Part shown: one piece after another, positions 11,646 to 22,026 of the stretch
How positions within the stretch are numbered: the stretch's first letter is position 1
Layout of the letters: every line of letters begins with the position of its first letter
Assembly (NCBI GenBank): GCA_964291265.2
Contig: OZ219747.1
Coordinates: forward strand, 3,136,001 to 3,200,000
Source: Alphaproteobacteria bacterium
Lineage (GTDB): Bacteria; Pseudomonadota; Alphaproteobacteria; SP197
Direction: 5' to 3'
Length of the DNA: 64,000 nucleotides
Notes under the pieces: generated by a model
Database searches by the model: none
What the model was told of the DNA's origin: nothing
What the model saw: only the letters and a program-made list of their open reading frames with translations
Made by a program: the position numbers and the translations under genes

Positions 11646-12255
11646 GGCAACCTCTCCAGACAGCGGGTTTCTGGCTCATGTACGTACAGTGGAAACGAAG
11701 AGGGCGGTCAGGGAGAGTTTCGCGCGATCGATGCGCCAGGACCGGAAATCGTTCCAAGCAGTCATGAGCGTCGGCGTGTCTGCTCACCCCGCGCCATGAA
11801 ACGTGAGCCCGTCGTGGCCGTTGGACGAGTGCGTTGATCCGGCGTGTTGGTGCACGAGCCTCCGGGGCTTCGCGGCCCTGCCATCCGCTGGTTTCCGCCT
11901 CCACCTGTCCCATAACCGGGGGAAGCCTGGTGCAGAGTGTTGATGCCCTCAAGGTGAACCAACGGGAGCGCGGCTTGACAGGGGAACACGGCCATCCCTG
12001 ACGCCTGAACGAACCGGACCCTTGATGGCCATGGACGCGGGGTAGCCGGAAAGGTCCAAGGTTCGTCAACCGGCGTCAGCCAGCACCGCCACACGGCAGT
12101 CAGGCATGCGCCTGACCGACAGGTCTTCGCTCTGTTCAACAAGAGGCGTCGCAGGGATCAGAGATGTTTCACAGCAAATCGTGCGGGCTGGGGATGGAGT
12201 GCGCTTCGAGATCCTGTAGGATCCGAAGGAACAGGATTGCGGGGAGGGGGATGAG

Positions 12256-13149
12256 ATGAGTGCGCCCATCATCACGACGGTCGATCCCGATACGTCCAGC
12301 GAAACGATCGGCGCCATTCTCGAGCGCGATGGCTGCATCATCGTCAGGGACGCCATCGAACACGCGACGATCGATGTCCTTCTGGAGGATCTCGATCCCT
12401 ACCTTCGGCGCAAGCCCTGTGGCAACGGCAACTTCGTCGGCTATCACACGAAGCGCCTCCATTCGCTCTTCGGAAAGTCGCGGCGGGTCCAGGACTTTGT
12501 TCTCCACGAGCGCGTGCTCGACATCATGGACCTGACGCTGTTGCCGTGGTGCGAGAACTACCAGCTCAACTCGAACTCGATCACGGCGATAGGACCGGAC
12601 GAGACACCGCAGCCGCTGCATCGCGACGATCTGCTTTATCCCCTTTCCCACCCCAGTGAACGCAACGCGACATCCACGGTCTTCTGGGCCCTCTCGGATT
12701 TCCGGGAAGAGTGCGGCGCCACGCGAATCATCCCCGGGAGCCACAGGTGGGACGATGAAAGGGTGCCGCGTGACCACGAGACCTGTGCCGCGATCATGAG
12801 CAAGGGGTCGTTCTGTGTCTTTGTCGGAGGCGTCTATCACGGTGGAGGACGCAATCTCACGCCCGATGTCTGGCGTATCGGCATGTTCACGGGCTTCTGC
12901 CTCGGCTGGTTGCGCCAGGAGCAGAACTGGTATCTCTCCGTGACGCCGGATGAGGTGAGGGAGATGCCCGAGCGGTTGGCGCGTCTGCTCGGCTTCAACA
13001 TCCATCGGCCATTCCTCGGCTGGGTCCAGGATTTCCAGGATCCCTACGACATTGTCATGGGCTATGAGGAACTGTCGTCAGGTGGCAGTGATCTCTACGC
13101 TGAAGGCGCCATAAGACCGGTGCCAGGCTCTGGCGTCATGGTTGCGTGA
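12256..13149 (+). CDS. Phytanoyl-CoA dioxygenase (PhyH) family Fe(II)/2OG dioxygenase
   Basis: QPLHRDD (HxD), GATRIIPGSHRW, VYHGGG, GWLRQEQN. Confidence 0.9.
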   Translation: MSAPIITTVDPDTSSETIGAILERDGCIIVRDAIEHATIDVLLEDLDPYLRRKPCGNGNFVGYHTKRLHSLFGKSRRVQDFVLHERVLDIMDLTLLPWCENYQLNSNSITAIGPDETPQPLHRDDLLYPLSHPSERNATSTVFWALSDFREECGATRIIPGSHRWDDERVPRDHETCAAIMSKGSFCVFVGGVYHGGGRNLTPDVWRIGMFTGFCLGWLRQEQNWYLSVTPDEVREMPERLARLLGFNIHRPFLGWVQDFQDPYDIVMGYEELSSGGSDLYAEGAIRPVPGSGVMVA

Positions 13150-13168
13150 CGCGGACAGGATTTTCCCG

Positions 13169-13585
13169 ATGTTCGATGACAACAAACTCAGGGCGAAACT
13201 CGCCAAGGTGGAGGCCCTGTTCCGGCGCGCCGGCAGTCCTGCGGAGCGCGCTGCTGCCCGGGAGGCCATGAATCGGCTGCAGGGAAGGCTCGGCGGTTCG
13301 GCACGCGACCCTGACCCGGAAGTCGAACTGAAGTTCTCCCTGCCCGATACGTGGTCGGTCAGGCTCTTCGTCGCTGTCTGCCGCGCACACGGGGTCCGGA
13401 CCTACCGGTACAAGCGACAGCGGCAGACAACGATCATGGTGCGGACGCGCGAACGTGCCTTCGACAGGCTGGTGTGGCCGGAATACATCCGCCTGCAGAC
13501 CGAATTGCAGGTCTGTTTCGAGGATGTCACCGACTACCTCGTTGGCCACGTCATGGGTTCCGACGGCGACGACAGCTCACTGTAA
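13169..13585 (+). CDS. Conserved hypothetical protein
   Basis: LRAKLAKVEALF..A..PAERAAA N-terminal helix; FSLPDTWSVRLFVAVCR..G...YRY.RQR.TTIMVR; coding-like composition. Confidence 0.7.
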   Translation: MFDDNKLRAKLAKVEALFRRAGSPAERAAAREAMNRLQGRLGGSARDPDPEVELKFSLPDTWSVRLFVAVCRAHGVRTYRYKRQRQTTIMVRTRERAFDRLVWPEYIRLQTELQVCFEDVTDYLVGHVMGSDGDDSSL

Positions 13586-13650
13586 CGGACGAGACAGGGC
13601 CTGGCCGCACGCCGAAGCGTGTCCCAGCTCGGCAAGGAGTCCGGGTGTCT

Positions 13651-14511
13651 TCAACTGAGATCGGGGAAGCTGTCGCGCACGAAGATCGTGTAGCCCTCGT
13701 CGTCGGGGTTTCCGAGATCGATGAGCGGGGTCGAGGAGAAGACACCGTCGTAGGCGCCCCTTTCAAGTGAATGATCAGGTGCCGTCTCGAGAGGCTTGAA
13801 TGCATGGTGTTCCTGGTTCGGAAATACCGGAACGTTGCTCATCGCGTTGTAGGAAAACTCCAGGAGAACGCGATTCCAGGACGCCCGGTTGTCGCCCGAG
13901 GCGTGCACGGTATTGCAGTGAAAGAAGAGGCCGTCACCGGGTTCGAGTTCGATGGCCACGTCCTCGTAACGTTCCAGCATGGCCTTGGCGCGAAGCGGGT
14001 GGATGTTGGAGTAGGCGTGACCGTCTCGGATGCGATCGACCCTTCCCATGTGGTGTGAACCTCTCAGCATGTGGAGGCATCCGCTCTCTTCCGTCGCCCT
14101 GGTCAATGCCACGATGCAGGTCAGCATGTCCGGCTTGAGGCACCCGTCCTGGTACCAGCCGCCGAAGTCCTGGTGCCAGACAACCCGGCCGCTGCGTCCG
14201 GCGGGTTTCTGGACGATCTTCGAATGGTAGTGATAGACGGCCTCGCCGATCAGGGCTTCGGCGCCGTCCACGATGCGGGCGAGACGTGTTGCCGTGCCGA
14301 GCCAGTCATCTCCGTGGCGCACCCAGCCCAGGTAGTCGTGCTGAGTCCTCTCGCTGCCATCGTGAATGGTTGCAAGGCGCCCGCCGACACCGGGGTCGTC
14401 ATCCATCGCCTGGCGAAGCGGGGCCAGTTCTGCATCCGAGAAGAACCCCGGCACCAGGAGATGGCCATCCCGGTGGTAGCGGGCAATGTCGTCAGGGGAG
14501 AGTGTCATCAC
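13651..14511 (-). CDS. PhyH family Fe(II)/2OG dioxygenase
   Basis: YHYHSKIVQK, WHQDFGGWY, GCLHMLRGSH, PGDGLFFHCNTVHAS. Confidence 0.9.
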   Translation of the reverse strand: MMTLSPDDIARYHRDGHLLVPGFFSDAELAPLRQAMDDDPGVGGRLATIHDGSERTQHDYLGWVRHGDDWLGTATRLARIVDGAEALIGEAVYHYHSKIVQKPAGRSGRVVWHQDFGGWYQDGCLKPDMLTCIVALTRATEESGCLHMLRGSHHMGRVDRIRDGHAYSNIHPLRAKAMLERYEDVAIELEPGDGLFFHCNTVHASGDNRASWNRVLLEFSYNAMSNVPVFPNQEHHAFKPLETAPDHSLERGAYDGVFSSTPLIDLGNPDDEGYTIFVRDSFPDLS

Positions 14512-14603
14512 TGAGCTGCAAGATTCTGGTTGGTGACGGCCGGAGCGCCGCCACTACACGGTGCAGTGGGCATCATGCACCGTTGGTACCGAGCCGGCCA
14601 GTC

Positions 14604-16214
14604 TCATCGCTTCAGAATGACGCCTTCCTTCTCGCGGTCGAAGGTCAGTGGCGTGACGCCGGTCTGGCGCAGGCCCACCTTCCTGATCTTTCCGGTGGGA
14701 GTCTTGGGCAGGGTCTTCACGATATCGATATAGCGCGGCACCATGAAACCGGCCATCCTCGGTTCGAGGAAACGGATGAGGGCTTCCGGGTCGAGGGTGT
14801 GTCCGGGCTGGAGGACCACCGTTGCCATGACCTCATCCTCGGTATGTTCACTCGGCACGGGAAAGACGGCGCATTCAAGGACATCCGGGTGAAGGTTGAT
14901 CTCGTTCTCCACTTCGAGGGAGGAGATGTTCTCGCCGCGCCGGCGGATGGAATCACTCATGCGATCGACAAAGTAGTAGCGGCCGTCCGGTTTTCTCATC
15001 ATGGCGTCGCCCGAGTGGAGCCACAGGTTGGACCAGGCCTTCTCCGTCCACTCCGGGTGCCGCCAGTAGCCCGACATGAGCAACCAAGGCTCCCTGCCGC
15101 GAATGACGAACTCGCCGACGGTGCCGTCCTGCACCTCCTCGTCGTCGGCATCGACAATCCGCGCCTCGAAGAGTTCGTCAGCCAGCCTGCCGCAGGTCTG
15201 CCAGTCGGGATCGTTCCAGTCCATGCGGAGTGGCGCGGACACCTCGGTTGACCCGTAGGTGGTCTTGATCTTCATGCCGAACCGCCGCGCAAAATCCCCC
15301 GCATCCGGAAACATCGGAACAACGAGTGCGCGTTCGATGGAAACGTCACTGTCATCGGGCTGCCGGGGCTGGCGCGCGAGGAAGTTCGCCATGGCCCCGA
15401 GAAAGAACGTGACCGTGGCTCCGAACCTCCTGGCGTCGGTCCAGAAGCGTTCGACGCTGAACCGTTCCGTCACCACGGCCGCCGAGCCGGCGATCATCGA
15501 CGAGTAGCACATGGCCCACTGGCCGGCGATATGGAAGAGCGGCAGTGGTGCGTAATGGACATCGCCCGGCACGAGCTCCATGAGTTCGAGGTTCCCGTGG
15601 GCGTAGCCGTAGGCCTGGCGATGGGAAATCATGACGCCCTTGGAGGCCCCCGTGGTGCCCGATGTGTACATCACCGCCTTGAGGTCGTGATGGCGCGGAA
15701 GGTCGCCGGGCGGTGCAGCATCCGCTTCGAGAAGTCGAGGGAAATCGATCCTGTCGAGGTGAGACAGCGCGAGCGGCAGCGTGGCCTGCTCATTTGCGGG
15801 ATCGAAGACGATGAGGCGTTCGAGGAACCGGAGATCGCCGGCTACCTCACCAAGGCGGTCGAGGAAACCGGCCGCCATGATCATCGTGCGGGCGGCCGAA
15901 TCATTGATGACGTGAGTGAGAAGAGTGCCACGCAAGGCGGTGTTGACGGGGACCTGAACGGCTCCGGTCTTGCCCAGGCCAAGCCACACCAGGATGAACT
16001 CGACGACGTTCGGCATCGCCACCAGGACGGCCTCTCCGGCCTCGATGCCAAGCGCCGTCGTTCCGGCGGCAAGCCTGTTGGAGTCACGGTCGGCCTCACC
16101 ATAGGTGAGGGTCCGCTGGTCCGACAGAATGAAGGGCGCATCCGGCGTCGCGCCGGCCCGATGGGAGAGAATGCGCCCCACGCTCTGCCGGTCCGGAGGG
16201 TCCTTCTGCGGCAT
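14604..16214 (-). CDS. AMP-binding acyl-CoA ligase (crotonobetaine/carnitine-CoA ligase-like)
   Basis: YTSGTTGASKG, PLFHIAG, YGSTE, HSGD, IRRRGENISSLEVE, LPKTPTGKIRK. Confidence 0.92.
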   Translation of the reverse strand: MPQKDPPDRQSVGRILSHRAGATPDAPFILSDQRTLTYGEADRDSNRLAAGTTALGIEAGEAVLVAMPNVVEFILVWLGLGKTGAVQVPVNTALRGTLLTHVINDSAARTMIMAAGFLDRLGEVAGDLRFLERLIVFDPANEQATLPLALSHLDRIDFPRLLEADAAPPGDLPRHHDLKAVMYTSGTTGASKGVMISHRQAYGYAHGNLELMELVPGDVHYAPLPLFHIAGQWAMCYSSMIAGSAAVVTERFSVERFWTDARRFGATVTFFLGAMANFLARQPRQPDDSDVSIERALVVPMFPDAGDFARRFGMKIKTTYGSTEVSAPLRMDWNDPDWQTCGRLADELFEARIVDADDEEVQDGTVGEFVIRGREPWLLMSGYWRHPEWTEKAWSNLWLHSGDAMMRKPDGRYYFVDRMSDSIRRRGENISSLEVENEINLHPDVLECAVFPVPSEHTEDEVMATVVLQPGHTLDPEALIRFLEPRMAGFMVPRYIDIVKTLPKTPTGKIRKVGLRQTGVTPLTFDREKEGVILKR

Positions 16215-16273
16215 CGTTCACAGCGCATGCGTCAGCGGGCTTGGCAAGGCCCGCTGATGCATCACGGTCAGGA

Positions 16274-17437
16274 TCAGAAACCGGCCTTGATTTCGTCGAA
16301 GAGCGCGATGTACTTCTCGCGGACTTCCGGCCGGATCTCGTCGAAGAAGCGGCTGTCCTTCATGAAGGCCACCGGATCGGAGAGTCCGAGATCGTCGAGT
16401 GTGGTCTGGTCCACCAGATCGAAGGATTTCTGGTTGCAGTGGCCGTACCCGTGATTGTTGATGATGTATGCACCGGCTTCGGGCGAAGACATGGCGTTGA
16501 GAAAATCGTAGGCCTTGTCGTCGGACCCCTGGCCCGTGGCGATGTGCACATTGCCGCACACCCAGGTGTAGATGCCCTCCTTGGGGTTCATGTACTCGAT
16601 CTCGACACCCTGCTTCTTGAGTTCGACGACAGAACTGTTCCAGGCATAGGAGGCGACGAGTTCGCCCGTTGCGAGGCCCTGTTCGACAGCCGTGATGTCG
16701 GTCCAGTACCAGCGCAGGACTTCGCGCTGCCTGCGCATCCACTCGGCCGCCTCCTCGAGTTCCTCGTCGGTCATGTCGAAGGGATTCTCCGCGCCGATGA
16801 CGGCGCCGACCACGCCGAAGACACCGTCGACGGAATCGTAGATTCCCAGGCGCCCGGCATACTTCTCGTCGAACAGGATCTTCCAGGAATGGTTCTCCGG
16901 TCCGGCGTACTCCGGCGCCAGGTCCGGACGGAACAGGACCGAACTGTTGCCCCAGTCGACGGGGAGAAACACCAGGCTTTCCTCGATGACCGCACCGGTC
17001 ACGGTCTGCAGGGCTGGAAACACGTTGTCCCAGTGTTCGAGACGGGAGGTGTCCAGGGGCTTGAGCAGTCCGGCATCCCACCAGCGCTGCAGGCTGTAGG
17101 TGCAGGGCGCTGCGATGTCAGGCTGAAAGCCGGCGCGCATCTTCTGGAACCCTTCCTCTTCCTCGCCCCACAGCGTGAAGGTCGGGGCCATGCCATGCTT
17201 GTCGGTGTAGCTCGCATGAAGTTCCGGAACATCGTAGCCAGCCCAGGTGAAGACGGTCAGTTCATCGTCGATGTCGAGGGTCTCGGCTTGCTCTTCTTCC
17301 TGGGCGTGACTTGCGACGAGTGGCATGGCAACGGTGGCCACACCGGCCGATGCGAGAAGCCGGTTGATGTCGCGGCGCGAGATATCGTGGTTGGCCAGGC
17401 GTGAACGGAACTCGTCAACATCCATGAGTGGGGTCAT
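16274..17437 (-). CDS. PotD/PotF-like ABC transporter substrate-binding protein
   Basis: SRR-containing leader, LTVFTWAGY, PVDWGNSS, SWKILFDEKYAG, YMNPKEG; start uncertain. Confidence 0.85.
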   Translation of the reverse strand: MTPLMDVDEFRSRLANHDISRRDINRLLASAGVATVAMPLVASHAQEEEQAETLDIDDELTVFTWAGYDVPELHASYTDKHGMAPTFTLWGEEEEGFQKMRAGFQPDIAAPCTYSLQRWWDAGLLKPLDTSRLEHWDNVFPALQTVTGAVIEESLVFLPVDWGNSSVLFRPDLAPEYAGPENHSWKILFDEKYAGRLGIYDSVDGVFGVVGAVIGAENPFDMTDEELEEAAEWMRRQREVLRWYWTDITAVEQGLATGELVASYAWNSSVVELKKQGVEIEYMNPKEGIYTWVCGNVHIATGQGSDDKAYDFLNAMSSPEAGAYIINNHGYGHCNQKSFDLVDQTTLDDLGLSDPVAFMKDSRFFDEIRPEVREKYIALFDEIKAGF

Positions 17438-17595
17438 TGTACTTCTCCCTTGAGCGGCGGTCGGCCGCTTGTTGAGCGGCCTCGTGCTCGACATGGGACC
17501 GCATGGAACGGCACTCTATCGTGAATCGGCGCCATGGTGAAAGAACCGTCATGACGGGTTGACGCCGGGCGCTGGTTCGCCACCTTTGCCGTGTC

Positions 17596-18624
17596 ATGCG
17601 ATTCAGCTTCTATCTTCCGTGCTACTGGCCCGATCTTTCCTACCCGGCGCACCGTCTCTATGAGGACGCCGTCGAGGAAGGCATGCTCGCCGAGGCGCTT
17701 GGTTTCGATACCCTGTGCATTCCCGAGCACCACTTCATCAACTATCTCACCCATCCCCAGCCGCTGTTGACGGCCGTCAAGGTCGCCAGCCGGACGCGCG
17801 CGATCCGCATCATCACGTCCGTCCTCGTCCTCCCTGTCCACGACATGCGCCGGCTTGCCGGGGAGATCTGCCAGGCCGACTGCCTGATGGAGGGCAGGCT
17901 GGAGCTCGGTGTCGGCCGCGGCGCCTTTGCCTACGAGTTCGACAGGTTCAACGTGCCGCCGGAAGAGAGCAGGGAACGTTTCGACGATGCCCTGGCCCTC
18001 CTAGAGGCACTGCTGTCGGGCCGGGAAATCGGCTGGAAAAGCCGGTGGTACGACTTCGAGCCCCTCGCCATCACGCCTCATCCGGTCCAGAAACCCATTC
18101 CAATGTGGATCGCCGCACTGGGTTACGAGGCGATCTACCACTCGGTCCGCCGCGGTTATCACGTGCAGACGACACCGCTGAGGGGTGGTCAGGAGACGGT
18201 GCGGATGCAGGCCGGCGCCTTCAGCGATGCCCGCCGTGACGGTGGTGCGGCCTGCAGAGATGCGCGGTTTTCCATGCTGCGCATGGTCTACGTTGCCGCC
18301 AACGAGGCTGACAGGCGGGAGAAGATCGCCATGGCCTACGACAACCACCGCAGGTTCTGCAACGTCTTCAGCACTCCCGGCACGGTGTCGAACGGGAGGA
18401 TCGTGCCGCTGGATATCGCCGAGACGATGGATGACATGGCCGATGCGCTGCCGATCGGAACGGTTGCGGAAGTCGTCGACAAGCTGGGCGACTACGGCGA
18501 CCTCGACATCATGGATCTCCTCTGCAACATGTCCTTCGGCGCCAGTCACGGGGATGTCATGTCTTCCATGGAGAGATTCGCCCGAGACGTCATGCCCCAC
18601 TTCGTGAAACAGGAAGCGCCATGA
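17596..18624 (+). CDS. LLM class flavin-dependent oxidoreductase
   Basis: AEALGFD....PEHHF, GRLELGVGRG, PHPVQKPIPMWIA, MERFARDVMPHF. Confidence 0.92.
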   Translation: MRFSFYLPCYWPDLSYPAHRLYEDAVEEGMLAEALGFDTLCIPEHHFINYLTHPQPLLTAVKVASRTRAIRIITSVLVLPVHDMRRLAGEICQADCLMEGRLELGVGRGAFAYEFDRFNVPPEESRERFDDALALLEALLSGREIGWKSRWYDFEPLAITPHPVQKPIPMWIAALGYEAIYHSVRRGYHVQTTPLRGGQETVRMQAGAFSDARRDGGAACRDARFSMLRMVYVAANEADRREKIAMAYDNHRRFCNVFSTPGTVSNGRIVPLDIAETMDDMADALPIGTVAEVVDKLGDYGDLDIMDLLCNMSFGASHGDVMSSMERFARDVMPHFVKQEAP

Positions 18625-19625
18625 CGACCCTCCACGAACGTTCCCTCATCATCGATGGTCTCAACTTCCACGGCGACGGCGATCCGGGTGTGCTGCGCCG
18701 CGCCGGGGTGACGGCGGTCAACATGACGGTGGGCCATTTCGAGGCTGATTTCGAGGAGGCCATGGACGGCATGGCGCGCTGGCTTGCCGTACTCGCGAAA
18801 CCCGATTCGGGCTGGCGCCTGGTGAAGAGGGCAGCGGACATCGAGGCCTGCCACGCGGACGACACCACCGGCCTCATCATGGGCTGGCAGAATCTCCGTC
18901 CCGTCGGCGGCAGGCTCGAGCGCCTGGTGATGCTCCACGAACTAGGTCTGCGCGTGGCCCAGCTCACCTACAATCGCCGCACTCTCCTGGGTGACGGGTG
19001 TCTCGAACCGGAGGATCGGGGTCTGACGACCAAGGGCCGCGATGTCATCGCGACGATGAACTCCCTTGGCATGGCGATCGATCTTTCCCATGTCGGCCAG
19101 AAGACGTCCGTCGAGGCGGCCACGGCGTCGACAAGGCCTGTCCTCGCCACTCACGCAAACGCCCGCTCGGTCACGCCGGCCCTGCGGAACAAGTCCGACG
19201 ACGCCATTCGGGCGATCGCGGAATCGGGTGGTGTCATCGGCATCAGCATCTATGGACCGATGTGCTGGGACGGCGACAACCGGCGTCACCCGTCGCTGGA
19301 TGACTTCCTGCGCCATCTCGATCATGTCGTGGCCCTCGTCGGGATCGACCACGTCGGCATCGGGACCGACCTGCCGGCAGTGGCCGACAGCAATGCGGTG
19401 AACCACATCACCGCCTTCACCCTGGAGAACTATCCGGCTGCCATCAGGGCCTATGCCGAGGCCTTCAGCAACCGTATCGAGGACCGCTACCTTGCCGACT
19501 GCCGCAGCCACGGTGACCTGCAGCGAATCACCGACCGCCTTCTCCGATGTGGCTGGGACGAGACCGACATCGCCGGGCTCCTCGGCGGCAACTTCCTCAG
19601 GGCCTTTCGCGCCAACTGGGGATGA
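18621..19625 (+). CDS. Membrane dipeptidase (peptidase M19) family
   Basis: IIDGL, QLTYN, IDLSHVG, THAN, RNKSDD, GIDHVGIGTD, GGNFLR; ATGA overlap with the LLM gene. Confidence 0.9.
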   Translation: MTTLHERSLIIDGLNFHGDGDPGVLRRAGVTAVNMTVGHFEADFEEAMDGMARWLAVLAKPDSGWRLVKRAADIEACHADDTTGLIMGWQNLRPVGGRLERLVMLHELGLRVAQLTYNRRTLLGDGCLEPEDRGLTTKGRDVIATMNSLGMAIDLSHVGQKTSVEAATASTRPVLATHANARSVTPALRNKSDDAIRAIAESGGVIGISIYGPMCWDGDNRRHPSLDDFLRHLDHVVALVGIDHVGIGTDLPAVADSNAVNHITAFTLENYPAAIRAYAEAFSNRIEDRYLADCRSHGDLQRITDRLLRCGWDETDIAGLLGGNFLRAFRANWG

Positions 19626-19661
19626 GCCGGGGGTTCTTCGCCCCGGCATGGGCATTTCGGG

Positions 19662-20342
19662 TCAGGGGTCGTCCCGGTGGCTGTCGAGGGTCGCGATCAG
19701 GTTGTCCAGCAAGGGCCCGCTGATCGGGCGGGCGTGAACCAGGTCGAAGAGGCGTCGCGTCGCCGGCATGGTGTCGAGGATGTCGAGGGTCCTGTCGAAG
19801 CCGTAACAGGCCCAGACGCCGAGATGGAGATCCAGCAGACTGAGCCGGTCGCCGAGATGGTAGGGTCCATGCGCTTCCAGCCAGTCCTCGAGGACCTGCC
19901 AGCGTTCCGCCGCCATCGCCTGTGAGTGCTCGCGAAAGGCCTGGGCGTCCTCGTCCCTCAGCGCCCAGCGACGGGGATAGTAGCAATGCTTGAGTGCCGG
20001 CTGGATATCGTTGGTGAAATAGAAGAGCTTGGAAAGGAAGAGGCCGCGCAACGGGTCTGTCGGCAGGGGCGCCATTTCCTCGATTGCGTGCCTGTCCGCC
20101 AGCCACAGGCAGATGGCGGCGGCTTCGTGCAACACGGTTCCCTCCGGAGTGATCAGGGCTGGCACGTAACCGGCAGGATTGATGGCGCGAAACGCTTCGC
20201 TGCGGTGTTCCCGGGCCGCGATGTCGACATTGCGCAGTTCATAGGCGAGCGAGGATTCTTCCAGCACCATCTGAACCGCCAGCGCCCGGGTCAGGTTGCC
20301 GCCATAGAGAGTGTACAAGGTTCCTACTCCCTTGGTGTCCAC
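19662..20342 (-). CDS. Glutathione S-transferase family protein
   Basis: INPAGYVPAL, LHEAAAICLWLADRH, YHLGDRLSLLDL. Confidence 0.9.
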   Translation of the reverse strand: MDTKGVGTLYTLYGGNLTRALAVQMVLEESSLAYELRNVDIAAREHRSEAFRAINPAGYVPALITPEGTVLHEAAAICLWLADRHAIEEMAPLPTDPLRGLFLSKLFYFTNDIQPALKHCYYPRRWALRDEDAQAFREHSQAMAAERWQVLEDWLEAHGPYHLGDRLSLLDLHLGVWACYGFDRTLDILDTMPATRRLFDLVHARPISGPLLDNLIATLDSHRDDP

Positions 20343-21127
20343 GCACCGAGCAGTTTCGGAAGATCGCCGAATCGGGCGACGAGGCTGAAGACGACGACGG
20401 CGAACAGGATGAACATCACGGAAACGGCAGCGATGATCGGCGAGTAGCCGGACCTCAGGCTGGCAAGAAGCTGCACCGGCAGGGTGATGGTGGCGTGTTG
20501 TCCGAGGAAGAACGAGATGATGTACTCGTTCATCGACAGCACGACGACGAAGGCGTATCCCGCCACCATGTAGGGCAGCACCATGGGAAGGATGATGGTT
20601 GTGAAGACGCGTCGCGAATCCGCTCCCATCGTGCGCGCCGCCTCGAGTATCTCGTCATCGATGGATTCCAGGCCAAGGGAGATCATCACCAGAGGCAGGG
20701 TCACCAGGAAGACGCCGTGGCCGATCATGATGTTCCAGATCTGCCCGACATGCCCCACCTCTACCCAGAAGATCAGCATGCCAAGCGCCGTGATCACGGG
20801 CGGCAGAGCGAAGGGAACGATCCCCGCGAGGAAAAGGGCCTTAGCGTAGAGCACCCTGTGGCGCCACAGGAAATAGGCGATCGGCAAGGCGATCGAAATG
20901 GCGATGACGCCCGCGGAAACGGCGATGATCACGCTTGTGGTCAGGGCCTCCAGCCACTTGTTGGTTTCGAATATCGCCGGGTACCACTGCAGGGAGAGCC
21001 CCTTGGGCGGAAAGAACATGAGCTTCTTGGAGTTGAGCGATACCCCGGCAACGATGAGCAGGGGAGCGGCAAGCATGCCGAACATGACAATGATGAAGGC
21101 CGCCTTGCTCAAGCGCACCAGGCTCAT
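20324..21127 (-). CDS. ABC transporter permease (PotC-like)
   Basis: EAA loop LEAARTMGA; multiple TM segments. Confidence 0.9.
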   Translation of the reverse strand: MSLVRLSKAAFIIVMFGMLAAPLLIVAGVSLNSKKLMFFPPKGLSLQWYPAIFETNKWLEALTTSVIIAVSAGVIAISIALPIAYFLWRHRVLYAKALFLAGIVPFALPPVITALGMLIFWVEVGHVGQIWNIMIGHGVFLVTLPLVMISLGLESIDDEILEAARTMGADSRRVFTTIILPMVLPYMVAGYAFVVVLSMNEYIISFFLGQHATITLPVQLLASLRSGYSPIIAAVSVMFILFAVVVFSLVARFGDLPKLLGAWTPRE

Positions 21128-22026
21128 GTCCGTATCACCCGGTCACCACGGCGCAGTCTGACCGTGATCAGGCTGAGAATGATCGTCACGACCATGAAGA
21201 ACATGGAGAGCGCCGCTGCGAACGGAATGTTCCCGCGATTGAGCGCCTGATTGGCGATCAGCTGGGCCATCATCGTGTCCTCGGGGCGGCCGAGCCAGGA
21301 CGGGGTGACAAAGGCCCCCATGGTGAACACGAAAAGCAGCACGAGGGCTGCCATGATCGTCCGCTCGAGGAGAGGCAGCACGATCGTCGTGAAACTCCTG
21401 AACGGCGATGCTCCCATGGTCTGCGCCGCTTCGGTCAGTTCCCGGTCGAGCCTGGTGCAGGAGGGAAACAGGATGAGAACGGCAAAGGGAATGTTGAAGA
21501 AACTCAGACCGAAGAGATTGGCCAGATATCCGGGATACCAGGAGCGCGCCCTGTCGATGATGCCGAACCACTCCACAAGACTCGGCAGACCGCTCGACCG
21601 GCTCATCACGACCGACAGGGCGTAGGCGACGATGACCTCGGAGAGCGTCAGGACGCACAGCAGGAAGACCAGCGCAACGACCTGAGGGCGCCTCCGGAAG
21701 CGACTGATGAAGTAGGTGAAGGGGACTGCTGCCGCGACCGAGAGAATGCTGGCGAGAACGGAGAACTGCACCGAGACGAGAAGGTGCGTGGTGAAGAGCG
21801 GTGAAAAGAAGCGGGCATAGTGCGTGAACTCGAAGCCCGGCTCGTAGGTCGATTCCGTCCGTGCATAGAAACTCACCACGAGCATGATGATGAAGGGAAC
21901 GAGGAAGAAGACGCCCATCATGAACGTCGGGTAGAGACCGATTGGAAAGCGTTTCAGCGGCAGCAGGAACTGCTCCCTCCAGGCAGGTCCGACAGCGGCA
22001 TCACTCATGCCTTGAGGACCACGCAA
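21124..22026 (-). CDS. ABC transporter permease (PotB-like)
   Basis: LTEAAQTMGASPF, FVTPSWLG; TM segments. Confidence 0.9.
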   Translation of the reverse strand: MRGPQGMSDAAVGPAWREQFLLPLKRFPIGLYPTFMMGVFFLVPFIIMLVVSFYARTESTYEPGFEFTHYARFFSPLFTTHLLVSVQFSVLASILSVAAAVPFTYFISRFRRRPQVVALVFLLCVLTLSEVIVAYALSVVMSRSSGLPSLVEWFGIIDRARSWYPGYLANLFGLSFFNIPFAVLILFPSCTRLDRELTEAAQTMGASPFRSFTTIVLPLLERTIMAALVLLFVFTMGAFVTPSWLGRPEDTMMAQLIANQALNRGNIPFAAALSMFFMVVTIILSLITVRLRRGDRVIRT